A stretch of DNA of 32,000 nt from Cuniculiplasma divulgatum (GCF_900083515.1 NZ_LT671858.1:1020001-1052000); one strand, 5' to 3'. Shown: positions 9,992 to 18,529, counted from the first letter of the stretch. Numbers and translations are program-made. The notes: a model not told the origin generated them from the sequence alone.

Positions 9992-10339
9992 TTACCTGTG
10001 AAAATGAAATACCCTTTTGATGACGCAATAGAAAATATCAGGATAGTCAAGAAAGTTCATGAATGATATTCTATCATGGATCTCCTTCTCAGAATGTTCA
10101 TCCATTAAATTGTATATGGAATGAATGTAGAGATCCTTTACCATTGTTATGATTGGAATCTTGGGTCTTCCTCCCTTATCTGTATCATTACAATACAGAT
10201 CCTTAAGAAGTGGATCAAATCCACTCCAGTCAATGGCATGCTTCATGAATGCAAATGGACCATTTAAGAAATATTGTTTGTATTTCTCCGTAAGAGCTGT
10301 GTCGAAGAGATCACTCACGCAGTAACATGCGTGTTTCAT
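9992..10339 (-). pseudogene. IS5-family transposase, N-terminal (DUF772-type) fragment only
   Basis: GGRPKIPIITMVKDLYIHSIYNLMDEHSEKEIHDRISFMNFLDYPD matches the conserved N-terminal region of IS5/InsH-type transposases. The frame breaks right after DYPD. No DDE catalytic portion follows before the next gene at 9610. Confidence 0.7.
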
Positions 10340-10594
10340 GAATAAATTTTATGGTGTTTTCTGGGAGATTTTCAGAACTCCCCTTCAAATATTATCTGCA
10401 GAAATATTTAAAAGTGCTTTCCTTTCTATTACGAGGGTTATTAGTTATAAAAGAAGTCTTGGAGTATAATAAAGTCATCCATTTGGGTACCTTTCAGTTA
10501 TCGATAAATGAATTTTTCATATATAATTGATTGATCGTAACTTCAATTTACAAAACGGAATAATTAAGAATATAAATATTGTTTTAAGAACAAC

Positions 10595-10602
10595 TTTATA
10601 AA
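10595..10602 (+). promoter_or_regulatory. putative TATA box (TTTATAAA) for the ATPase/TOPRIM operon
   Basis: Lies about 29-36 nt upstream of the ATG at 10631. That spacing fits a leaderless or near-leaderless archaeal transcript. Such strings are common in an AT-rich region. Confidence 0.3.
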
Positions 10603-10630
10603 ATTAATAGGTATACAAAGACAAATAAAA

Positions 10631-11908
10631 ATGAGGATTAAAGAAATTAATATTGAGAGCTTCAAAGGAATTGATTCACTGGAATTTAAGCCGAGGCTTC
10701 TAAATGTTATCGTTGGCAGAAATAATACCGGAAAAACTTCAGTTCTAGAAGCTATTGCTGTGACAATGGACAGAGTGTTCTTTGAACAAAATTATTCAGA
10801 TTCCCCATCCTCTATAGTAAACTATTTAGTAAATGCACTTGAAATTAACTTAGTTCTTACCGGAAATACAAATAGCAGCAAATCCTTAAAGGTTGAAAAA
10901 ATAAGTGAACAGGATGTATATAAGAATATTGCCAGCACTATTTTAGAACGGGTTAATCAAATTAGAAAAGACAAACGGTATAATTTGGAAAGAAAAAATA
11001 GTCCTGGCAAGAATAAGAATGCAACCAAGGTTGAGATCCATGATGAAATTTCTATCATCCAACAAACCATAAATAATGTTATTAAAGATCAGTTAAATTC
11101 CGATAATAATAAAAAATTATTTCAAGACTGTGTGTTAATTAAATATAATAGAGGGGAGTCAACATTGTTTAAGGGAGAAAATTTTAGGTTGAATGAAATA
11201 ATAATGACCGGTGAGGTCATCGAAAGACTTTACAAAAATAAAAAGTTGCAATTAAAATATCTGCTTGATTATCATATGAGGCATGATTTAAATCCGTTTG
11301 TTAACTCCAGAAAAGTAAAAAATAGGAAATTTGGAGAATATAAAAAGATAATTTTAGTTAATGATCCAGTCAAAACTTTGAACACGCTCTTGGACCAAAA
11401 GGACGGAAATCAGGAACTTGCATTGAAAATTGAAGAAATACTAAAAAGTGATATAATTTTACCAAACCTGAAAAGATTTGATTTTACTGAATTAGTATTT
11501 GATACGGTAAATGGCACAAAAACAGTGAAATTTAGTATGATGGGAGAGGGGTTTCAAACACTTGTTGCTATTTTAGCAATATTGAAATCAAACGAAAATT
11601 CGAAATCTGTTATCTTATTAGAGGAGCCAGAGATTCACATGCATCCCGGATACGTGACAGAATTGGTCAAGTATATCTCACAAATCTCAAGTTCTTTAAA
11701 AATTCAGCTATTCATAACGACACATAGTTCAGATTTAATACAATCACTATTTAACCAGGAACAAACCCAAATTCAAGAATTTCTAAAAAGGAATCTAGTG
11801 ATGCTTAGATTGAATAAAATGGATGACTCCATAATTGGAGAAAGAATGACGTATAAAGAAGCGAAAGAAAGTGTTTATGATCTAGAACTAGACCTGAGAG
11901 GTATTTGA
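10631..11908 (+). CDS. ABC-type (AAA_15/AAA_21, OLD/AriA-like) ATPase
   Basis: 425 aa. N-terminal IESFKG...VIVGRNNTGKTSVLEAI (Walker A), signature-like MGEGFQ, Walker B VILLEEPE followed by IHMHPG (nt 11609-11650), and H-loop ITTHS. A long K/N/E-rich insert sits between Walker A and the signature. Confidence 0.8.
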   Translation: MRIKEINIESFKGIDSLEFKPRLLNVIVGRNNTGKTSVLEAIAVTMDRVFFEQNYSDSPSSIVNYLVNALEINLVLTGNTNSSKSLKVEKISEQDVYKNIASTILERVNQIRKDKRYNLERKNSPGKNKNATKVEIHDEISIIQQTINNVIKDQLNSDNNKKLFQDCVLIKYNRGESTLFKGENFRLNEIIMTGEVIERLYKNKKLQLKYLLDYHMRHDLNPFVNSRKVKNRKFGEYKKIILVNDPVKTLNTLLDQKDGNQELALKIEEILKSDIILPNLKRFDFTELVFDTVNGTKTVKFSMMGEGFQTLVAILAILKSNENSKSVILLEEPEIHMHPGYVTELVKYISQISSSLKIQLFITTHSSDLIQSLFNQEQTQIQEFLKRNLVMLRLNKMDDSIIGERMTYKEAKESVYDLELDLRGI

Positions 11909-12511
11909 TTGAAAAAGCTTGTTATAATAGAGGGCTTACATGATGGAATTTTTCTTAAGAAAATAATGGATAACAGTATTGGAAATTCAGAATATCTCTA
12001 TTACAAAAATCGAGGAAAAAAGGAACAAAAGAGGTATAGTGAAACTGACATTTTAAGAAAATTTATTAGTGAAAAAAATAAATTAGATTTTTTAATAAAA
12101 GAGGAGGGTGGAAAAAGTTTTGTAAAGAATTTTTTTTTGGGGAATATTATCAACTTTTCACTAAATTATAGTTCTCTAGAACTAACTGTAATCTTTGATC
12201 ATGACGGTAAACATCCGACACAGGAAATCACCCAATGGAAGAAGGATTTTGAATCTAAAAATAATAATGTCACATTTGATAATGTTAGTAATCCAGTAAA
12301 AATTACGAAAGGATTGTATTGGAGAAAGTTCGACCTATATCAAATTAGAGGAAAAAATACAGTTAAATTGAATTACTTTCATTTAGTTACATTTGACAAA
12401 TCCCTAGAAAGCGAAGTTGCTGAATTTTGTAATAAAAGTAAGAAACAAATTACCGAACGGGACATTCAAGACTTTGCATCACAGGTTCCTTTAAAAAATT
12501 TATTTCCTTAA
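11909..12511 (+). CDS. small TOPRIM-like protein (putative nuclease partner of the ATPase)
   Basis: 200 aa. The TTG start directly abuts the ATPase TGA. KLVIIEGLHDGIFL (Glu8, nt 11930-11932), EEGGKS, and VIFDHDG (D97-x-D99, nt 12197-12205) follow the E...DxD order of TOPRIM, as in OLD and DUF4435 proteins. Confidence 0.55.
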   Translation: MKKLVIIEGLHDGIFLKKIMDNSIGNSEYLYYKNRGKKEQKRYSETDILRKFISEKNKLDFLIKEEGGKSFVKNFFLGNIINFSLNYSSLELTVIFDHDGKHPTQEITQWKKDFESKNNNVTFDNVSNPVKITKGLYWRKFDLYQIRGKNTVKLNYFHLVTFDKSLESEVAEFCNKSKKQITERDIQDFASQVPLKNLFP

Positions 12512-12584
12512 AAATAAGTAACATAATTTGAATCAGTTCACAATTATAGCTCTTGCTTTATGGAGTTCTAACCTTTTGTTATGA

Positions 12585-12658
12585 CGCCCGAGCCGGGATT
12601 CGAACCCGGATCAAAGGCTCCGCAGGCCTCTAGGATATCCAAATTACCCCACTCGGAC
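12585..12658 (-). tRNA. tRNA-Arg (anticodon GCG), no encoded CCA
   Basis: Hand-folded cloverleaf. Acceptor GUCCGAG/CUCGGGC. D-loop has A14, G18G19 and A21. Anticodon stem GAGGC/GCCUU with loop CUGCGGA. T-arm CCGGG-UUCGAAU-CCCGG. Discriminator G. 74 nt. An A/T-rich TATA-like tract lies upstream at about 12668-12685. Confidence 0.85.
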
Positions 12659-12814
12659 TTATGTGCCTTTTATTAAAAATAAAACGCAAATTCAGTTACT
12701 GAATGTTTTCAGAACTATAATATGTTTCCCAAAGGTGATTAGTTGTTTCAAGAAGTTCCATTTTTATAGGATATTTTGAGATAACTTTTAATAGACACAT
12801 TCAATTATTTTCTT

Positions 12815-13696
12815 ATGATAGCAATTGTTAAAATTATTATTATAGCTGTTATAGTGGTTGGTGTTGCAGCCCCAACTTCATACGTTGCATACAGTTATTT
12901 ATCCTCATCAACACCTCCAATGACTCATTTTATTCCCGAAGGGGTTTCCGCTCTTGTTGACTATAAAGTGAACAATACTAATTTCATAGTTTATGCATCA
13001 AATACCACAGCAGGTGTAATTCTGAATTACAACCTTAGTGCCTTTGAAAATACAGCAAAAAATTCCTCTAACACAACTGCAAACACAGTTAAAGGAAGTA
13101 ATGTTTCAGTAAAATATTATATGACCTATGAGAGCTACAACATTTACAGGGTATCAAACATATCCTTATCGAATTCAATAAACCTCTCCGCAGCAGGTAA
13201 CCTTCCAGGGAATGTAACCAGTTCTATATATGTGGCACCTATAGGCAACTCATTTATTGTGCTTTCCAATCTTTCAGGTGTAAAAATGGCAATCAATGCA
13301 AATCATACCGGTAAGTATTTGAAAGAACATCAGTCTTTCCTTGCAATGAAGGGGAGCGGAATTTCATTTTATGTAAATCTTTCAGCGTTGGACTATTCAA
13401 AAACGATTCCAATCTCAAAAAGCTCAGGTGTAAGTGTGTATTCAAATATGTTCAGTGGTGTAGTAATATATGGAAACGTTTCAGCTAAATTTACAAATAT
13501 TACAATCACAGGCGTAGATCATTCCCTCGACAAGAACATTTCCTTAATTACTGGTATTCTTCCGTCTAATCTGACTGTTACTTATAATTATAATTCCGTA
13601 AATGGAATTTACAGTGCAGAATTTAATGTAGGTTTCGCCAATTACAGATATGTGGCAACAGAAATATTATCTGAACTTGGAAATACTAAATTTTAA
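12815..13696 (+). CDS. membrane-anchored extracellular protein, heavily N-glycosylation-sequon-rich
   Basis: 293 aa. N-terminal TM helix IIIIAVIVVGVAA. I hand-counted 16 N-x-S/T sequons. It is the first gene of an ABC-2 cluster. Confidence 0.6.
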   Translation: MIAIVKIIIIAVIVVGVAAPTSYVAYSYLSSSTPPMTHFIPEGVSALVDYKVNNTNFIVYASNTTAGVILNYNLSAFENTAKNSSNTTANTVKGSNVSVKYYMTYESYNIYRVSNISLSNSINLSAAGNLPGNVTSSIYVAPIGNSFIVLSNLSGVKMAINANHTGKYLKEHQSFLAMKGSGISFYVNLSALDYSKTIPISKSSGVSVYSNMFSGVVIYGNVSAKFTNITITGVDHSLDKNISLITGILPSNLTVTYNYNSVNGIYSAEFNVGFANYRYVATEILSELGNTKF

Positions 13697-13749
13697 TTTG
13701 TAAGAATTTTTATTGACTTTTTTTAAATATCTTTTGGACATTACCTATT

Positions 13750-14586
13750 ATGTTTAAGAGAGCTTCTCTTCTAAAAGATACTTATGTATATTACTTCAGG
13801 AATTATTACAGATCAAAAAGTTTCTACTTGATGTTTCTAATGGCAATTCTCGTGTCCATACTTTTAATTTATCTTTCCTTTAGATATCAATCTCAAATTT
13901 CATCTTTTGCACATAGAGCAGGGCTAGATATTATTGGACCTCACGGAGATGAATTGGTTCTTGCCTATCTATGGACATTTATACTTTCATTGCTCCCTGT
14001 ATTTGCATCAGTATTTTTTGGTTCACCAGCCATTTCAAGTGAAATAGAAAGTAAGACGGCATTTCATATCTTTACCCTTCCTATACCCAGAACTATTTTG
14101 TTAACGGGAAAATACCTGGCAGCAGTTACAGTTACTTCCCTAATAGTTGTGACCTTTACTGTAATTGAGATTGCTACTTTCCAGTATATATATGGCATAA
14201 TTCTAATCCAGTTTCTATATAGCTTTCTTCTTACGATCCTATTCATATTTTCAATCTCAGGAGTTACTTTTTTGATAAGCAGTTTATTTAACAAAAATAC
14301 CTACGCTTACATATCAGTTCTCCTGATCTATCTATTAATCTTCAATGCAGGGACCATCATAATAGAGTTACTTTATAAGGTAACCCCATACTATCTATTA
14401 AACGAAGCTGAAACCATAGTTTACAGAGTTTTCCTGAACTTTTCCTTTGGTATAACAACAACTGTACCATCAAGCTTGTCAGCATCTACCCATGAGATAA
14501 TTGCAAGTTCACTGATACTTGCACTTTATGCAATCATAAGCTTTGGAATTACTTTAATATTATTTGAACGTAAGGAGGTGAAGTGA
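13750..14586 (+). CDS. ABC-2 type transporter permease
   Basis: 278 aa with about 6 hydrophobic helices. Immediately upstream of, and overlapping, the cognate ATPase gene. Confidence 0.7.
   Translation: MFKRASLLKDTYVYYFRNYYRSKSFYLMFLMAILVSILLIYLSFRYQSQISSFAHRAGLDIIGPHGDELVLAYLWTFILSLLPVFASVFFGSPAISSEIESKTAFHIFTLPIPRTILLTGKYLAAVTVTSLIVVTFTVIEIATFQYIYGIILIQFLYSFLLTILFIFSISGVTFLISSLFNKNTYAYISVLLIYLLIFNAGTIIIELLYKVTPYYLLNEAETIVYRVFLNFSFGITTTVPSSLSASTHEIIASSLILALYAIISFGITLILFERKEVK
14574..14580 (+). promoter_or_regulatory. Shine-Dalgarno (GGAGGTG) for the ABC ATPase; translational coupling
   Basis: taaGGAGGTGaaGTGATGATG. The permease stop TGA (14584-14586) overlaps the GTG/ATG start cluster at 14583-14591. 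Confidence 0.55.
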
Positions 14587-15476
14587 TGATGGAACTGGAA
14601 GCAGCTAATTTAAGCAAAAAATATGGAAATTTTTATGCTTTACAAGATTTTAATTTAGATGTTCATAAGGGTGAATGCGTAGCACTTCTTGGTCCTAATG
14701 GTGCAGGAAAGAGTACATTGTTAAAAATTTCCACAAATATAATACATCCGACAAAAGGGACTCTTAAGATCGCAGGAATAAATGTACAGGATGATCCAAT
14801 GAAAGCGCTTGAAAAGGTTGGTCCACTGGTGGAACTCCCGGAGTTTTATCCATATCTCAATGGAACTGAAATTCTTAATTTTGTATGCAAGGTGAAGGGA
14901 GCCTCAAAAGAAAAGATAAAAGATGAGATAGAAAGGCTATCTTCTATGCTAAAAATGGAAGAATTCATAAATAAAAAGAGTGGGTCATATTCCAGAGGGA
15001 TGAAGCAGAGGCTTGCACTGGCATGTTCTATGACAATGGATCCTGAGCTACTTATACTTGATGAACCAACCTTTGGCCTTGATCCAAGAGGGATGAGAGA
15101 ATTTATTGAAATAATTAGAGAGATAAATGTAAAGGAGGGGAAAACGGTAATCCTAAGCACACATCTGATTTCAGAAGCGAGGGAAATAGCAGACAAAGTT
15201 GTAATTATTAATCACGGTACAAAAATGCTTGAGATGAAAAATGAAAGAGAAACAAATCTAATGAATGTCACATTTTACAGTAAACCTGAAGCATCTTCCC
15301 TGGAAACATCTTCCATAAAGGTCATTGAGGATCATGGAAATACTGTAACTATCCAGAGAGATGAAAACATATCCAACGATGACGTAATTGATTACTTCCG
15401 GGAGAAGAATCTAAAGATAAGATGGATAGAACCCACGAACCAGATAGAGCGCAAATACCTGGAACTCATTAATTGA
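14583..15476 (+). CDS. ABC transporter ATP-binding protein (ABC-2/CcmA-like exporter type)
   Basis: Walker A GPNGAGKST, signature variant YSRGMKQRLALA, Walker B LLILDEPTFGLD, and H-loop STHL. The true start may be the ATG at 14586. Confidence 0.9.
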   Translation: MMMELEAANLSKKYGNFYALQDFNLDVHKGECVALLGPNGAGKSTLLKISTNIIHPTKGTLKIAGINVQDDPMKALEKVGPLVELPEFYPYLNGTEILNFVCKVKGASKEKIKDEIERLSSMLKMEEFINKKSGSYSRGMKQRLALACSMTMDPELLILDEPTFGLDPRGMREFIEIIREINVKEGKTVILSTHLISEAREIADKVVIINHGTKMLEMKNERETNLMNVTFYSKPEASSLETSSIKVIEDHGNTVTIQRDENISNDDVIDYFREKNLKIRWIEPTNQIERKYLELIN

Positions 15477-15502
15477 ACTTAATAAATGTATTAATTTATT
15501 AT

Positions 15503-15904
15503 TTAAATATAATCCCAGAGACGATCCTGCCAGAGATCGTATTCCTCCTTTAGTTCCTTAATTTCCACTTCCTTAAATCCACCCTTTTCCTTCGCTCTTT
15601 TATATTCCTTCATCAGATCTTCCTGACTGTTCTTTGAGAGATCGTCAAAATATTCTTTAATTTCCTTTTCTATGGCAGGGTGTAACTTTCCTATTTTTTC
15701 CCCGCTATAAAGTACCTTGAAGAATACATGATCTCCTAGGGTTACGTGGAAAATACTCCACTTCTCAACGTAATTATTCAGAAAATGGTTTCCCGTTAAA
15801 TTACCTAAAGCCTTTACGATTTCCTGATTCTGATCGGAATCGTTCAACTGAAACGATATCTCCACTCCTTTCTTCATTTTCTCTCTTCCATACATGCTAA
15901 TCAT
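15503..15904 (-). CDS. hypothetical protein
   Basis: 133-aa ORF immediately downstream of the CoA-transferase on the same strand. Charged C-terminal half. No family recognised. Confidence 0.45.
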   Translation of the reverse strand: MISMYGREKMKKGVEISFQLNDSDQNQEIVKALGNLTGNHFLNNYVEKWSIFHVTLGDHVFFKVLYSGEKIGKLHPAIEKEIKEYFDDLSKNSQEDLMKEYKRAKEKGGFKEVEIKELKEEYDLWQDRLWDYI

Positions 15905-15931
15905 AATTTATAAAGAGATTGGGATTTTGTA

Positions 15932-17587
15932 TTAGATTTCTGTAGCCCACGTCTCAATATCCCTTCTTTCCATTTCCTGTGAACCGAAAACGATCTCAGG
16001 CATCTTTTTTATATCCCTGCTCACATCTGGTTTGAATTCCATCTTCTCTACAATATCCTTATCAATATCTATTCCTTCTGGCACTTCTGTTATACACAAA
16101 CCTTTTTGTGTCAGATCAAAAACACATCTCTCTGTAAAATACTTTACAGTTTTACCATATTTCAGAGCCTCATTTCCGCTAAAGAATATCTTATACACCT
16201 TCTTGACAAATTTAACTGTATTCGCATCTTTTAATATTTTCAATTTTCCGTCCTTAAACTGTAATTCAATTTTCCCAGCGGTGAAATTACCTGCAAATAA
16301 AGATGTTGGAGATCCCTGTGCAATAACTGAAAAACCACCAGGTCCTGTTAGCTTATTCGGGATATAGGAAGGGTTCACGTTCCCACTGCCATCAATTTGA
16401 AGAAACCCAAGTGATGCAACATCTATTATTCCGCCCTCATAGTTTGAGAACATATCTGGAATTGTGGACAGGGCAAAGGCACCCATGGATACCCCAAAAT
16501 CGCCACCAGTTAGAGCTATACCTCCCCACGGTCCCGATTCTACAACTGTAACAATATCCCTGGAATACCCTGCCCTGGAAAGAATTGATGAAACTAGTGC
16601 AGGTATTCCAACACCAAGGTTAAGTAAAATTGTATTTCCTTTCTTTTTTCTCATTGATACGAGTTCAAGTGCGATTCTTTTTGCGATTATACTCTGAATG
16701 TATGGAACATTGGAATTTTGAAGATCATGAAGGATGCTGTCGGTAATGTTTGAAGGATTAATCTTAAAACAGGCCCTTGGATCATATTCAAACGAAGGTG
16801 CCTGCCAGTGATATTCTCTGGGGCTTCTAACAACTATGTCCACTAATGGATACGGTACTTCAACCATCCTGGGAGCAAACTGTTTTTCATTATCCAGCAA
16901 CTTCACCTGTGCAATTACTGTCCCAGGATTGGGTCTAGCCTTCACTGCCTGTACTATATTTATTACTGTTCCCCTGATAGGTTCGTCTTCCATTGATAGA
17001 CTGCCCATAATATCAGATGATGATACCCTTACAAAGCAGACATCAGGTTTGGGTGCCTCATAAAGTAATAAGGGGCTGCCAGAAATGTTCAGTTTTGTAA
17101 TTTTGCACATATTGCTCTTTCTTGCACTTTCATTAAGTGTTCCACTGTCCTGATCCGGATCAAGAAATGTTCCTATTCCTATCCTTGTCAAAAGACCTGG
17201 TCTTCCTGAGGCAACTTCCCTGAACCAGTATGATGCTATTCCAATAGGCCACCCATACACAGGTATTTTATCCTCTAGGGTTATTTTCTGTAAAAATGGA
17301 GAGAAACCCATGAATGGTATCAACAAACCCCTAATTAGAGAGAAATCATTTGTCTCATACATTTCTTTAAGAACTGCATCAAGAGCCCTGTCAACTGAGG
17401 CAGGAAGTGCATCTGTTTCTATGAACAAATCTCTAGGGTGACCCGTTAGTTTATAATTCTCGTACAACTTTTTGAGAAGAAACTCTGGGGTATTTGCAAG
17501 ATTAAACCCTGAAATTGCAAGAGTGGAACCATCCTTGATATCTTTGTAAAAATTAAGTTCCTGATTTTCTGTATATATTTGAACCAT
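15932..17587 (-). CDS. fused-subunit family I acyl-CoA:acetate/3-ketoacid CoA-transferase (YdiF-like)
   Basis: 551 aa, about the size of fused alpha+beta CoA-transferases. N-terminal G.TLAISGF motif. VESGPWGG is in the position of the catalytic-Glu motif. Confidence 0.7.
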   Translation of the reverse strand: MVQIYTENQELNFYKDIKDGSTLAISGFNLANTPEFLLKKLYENYKLTGHPRDLFIETDALPASVDRALDAVLKEMYETNDFSLIRGLLIPFMGFSPFLQKITLEDKIPVYGWPIGIASYWFREVASGRPGLLTRIGIGTFLDPDQDSGTLNESARKSNMCKITKLNISGSPLLLYEAPKPDVCFVRVSSSDIMGSLSMEDEPIRGTVINIVQAVKARPNPGTVIAQVKLLDNEKQFAPRMVEVPYPLVDIVVRSPREYHWQAPSFEYDPRACFKINPSNITDSILHDLQNSNVPYIQSIIAKRIALELVSMRKKKGNTILLNLGVGIPALVSSILSRAGYSRDIVTVVESGPWGGIALTGGDFGVSMGAFALSTIPDMFSNYEGGIIDVASLGFLQIDGSGNVNPSYIPNKLTGPGGFSVIAQGSPTSLFAGNFTAGKIELQFKDGKLKILKDANTVKFVKKVYKIFFSGNEALKYGKTVKYFTERCVFDLTQKGLCITEVPEGIDIDKDIVEKMEFKPDVSRDIKKMPEIVFGSQEMERRDIETWATEI

Positions 17588-17713
17588 CTAAATCATTCAT
17601 GTAGATTTAACCAATTTATTAATTCTTTGAAAAAGATTGGGCATCCTTAATTTTTAAATAATAATTGTTTTAAAATGCTATTATCATACAAGTGTCAATA
17701 CAAACAAAAAGGA

Positions 17714-18448
17714 TTAATTAAAACGTTTCTGCAAATATTCATAGGCTGCATTTATTTCCTTTATTTTTTTAGTATATTCAGAGTTGTCAGCATTTTCAGA
17801 GAGATCAGGATGATATTTTCTTACCATTTTCCTGTATGAAGATTTAATTAGTTCAGGGTCTTCTGTTGGATTCATTTCAAGCAAATTAAACATTTCTGTT
17901 TCTAATTGCAAATTATCGGATTCACTTTGAATGTGGGGCTCGTAACCAAACTTATTTTTGTATCTATCATTATCTACATACTCATAAAATATATCATGGT
18001 CTTTTTCGGGGAAACCGTAAATTTTTACAGCTTCCATTAACTTGAAGAAACATAGTTTCCTATCCTTCCTCTTTAAGGAATTATTCAGGGAATAATAGGC
18101 CTCATTAAGATTAGAATTTAAACCATCACTAAAATTGCATAATACTACAAAATTCTTTATGATATCGGGAAGTCTGAGAGACCACCCAATATTGCCAAAT
18201 GACTCAAAAACACTCTTCCTGTAAAGTGGTTTGGCCTTTATCCCGTCTCCTGTTATGTAAAATCTAATAATTCCTTTCCTGTCAGAAATAATAGATTCCT
18301 CAATTATCCAGTAGATGAAGATATTCTGGAATAACTTCTTTCCGTTGAATATACTTAAATCTGTTTGAAATTTAAGAAATCCATTTTCCTTTTCAACTTT
18401 TAATGGCTTTGAAAAGTTTGAAAATGGGATCTGATTTCCCTTTACCAT
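17714..18448 (-). CDS. J-domain protein: C-terminal DnaJ domain, uncharacterised N-terminal ~180 aa
   Basis: The C-terminus reads NPTEDPELIKSSYRKMVRKYHPDL....KKIKEINAAYEYLQ, with a canonical HPD (nt 17804-17812). No Gly/Phe region or zinc-finger CxxCxGxG repeats. Confidence 0.75.
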   Translation of the reverse strand: MVKGNQIPFSNFSKPLKVEKENGFLKFQTDLSIFNGKKLFQNIFIYWIIEESIISDRKGIIRFYITGDGIKAKPLYRKSVFESFGNIGWSLRLPDIIKNFVVLCNFSDGLNSNLNEAYYSLNNSLKRKDRKLCFFKLMEAVKIYGFPEKDHDIFYEYVDNDRYKNKFGYEPHIQSESDNLQLETEMFNLLEMNPTEDPELIKSSYRKMVRKYHPDLSENADNSEYTKKIKEINAAYEYLQKRFN

Positions 18449-18529
18449 TATGAGGGGGTATAGATTTTTCTTTTAAGATGTTTCGCAGATGTTTATACAC
18501 TATTTTATACGATTTCATAATGCAGCCTG

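Noticed and set aside
7600-12580. Search for an att-type direct repeat of the tRNA-Arg(GCG) 3' half, and for an integrase.
   Set aside because: By eye I found no second copy of gattcgaacccgg or cgagccggg, and no integrase-like ORF. I therefore do not call an intact integrative element, only a decayed island.
15503-15904. FHVTLGD in the 133-aa hypothetical protein looked like a 2H-phosphoesterase H-x-T-x motif.
   Set aside because: Only one H-x-T/S-x motif is present where the 2H fold needs two, and the protein is too short. I left it as hypothetical.
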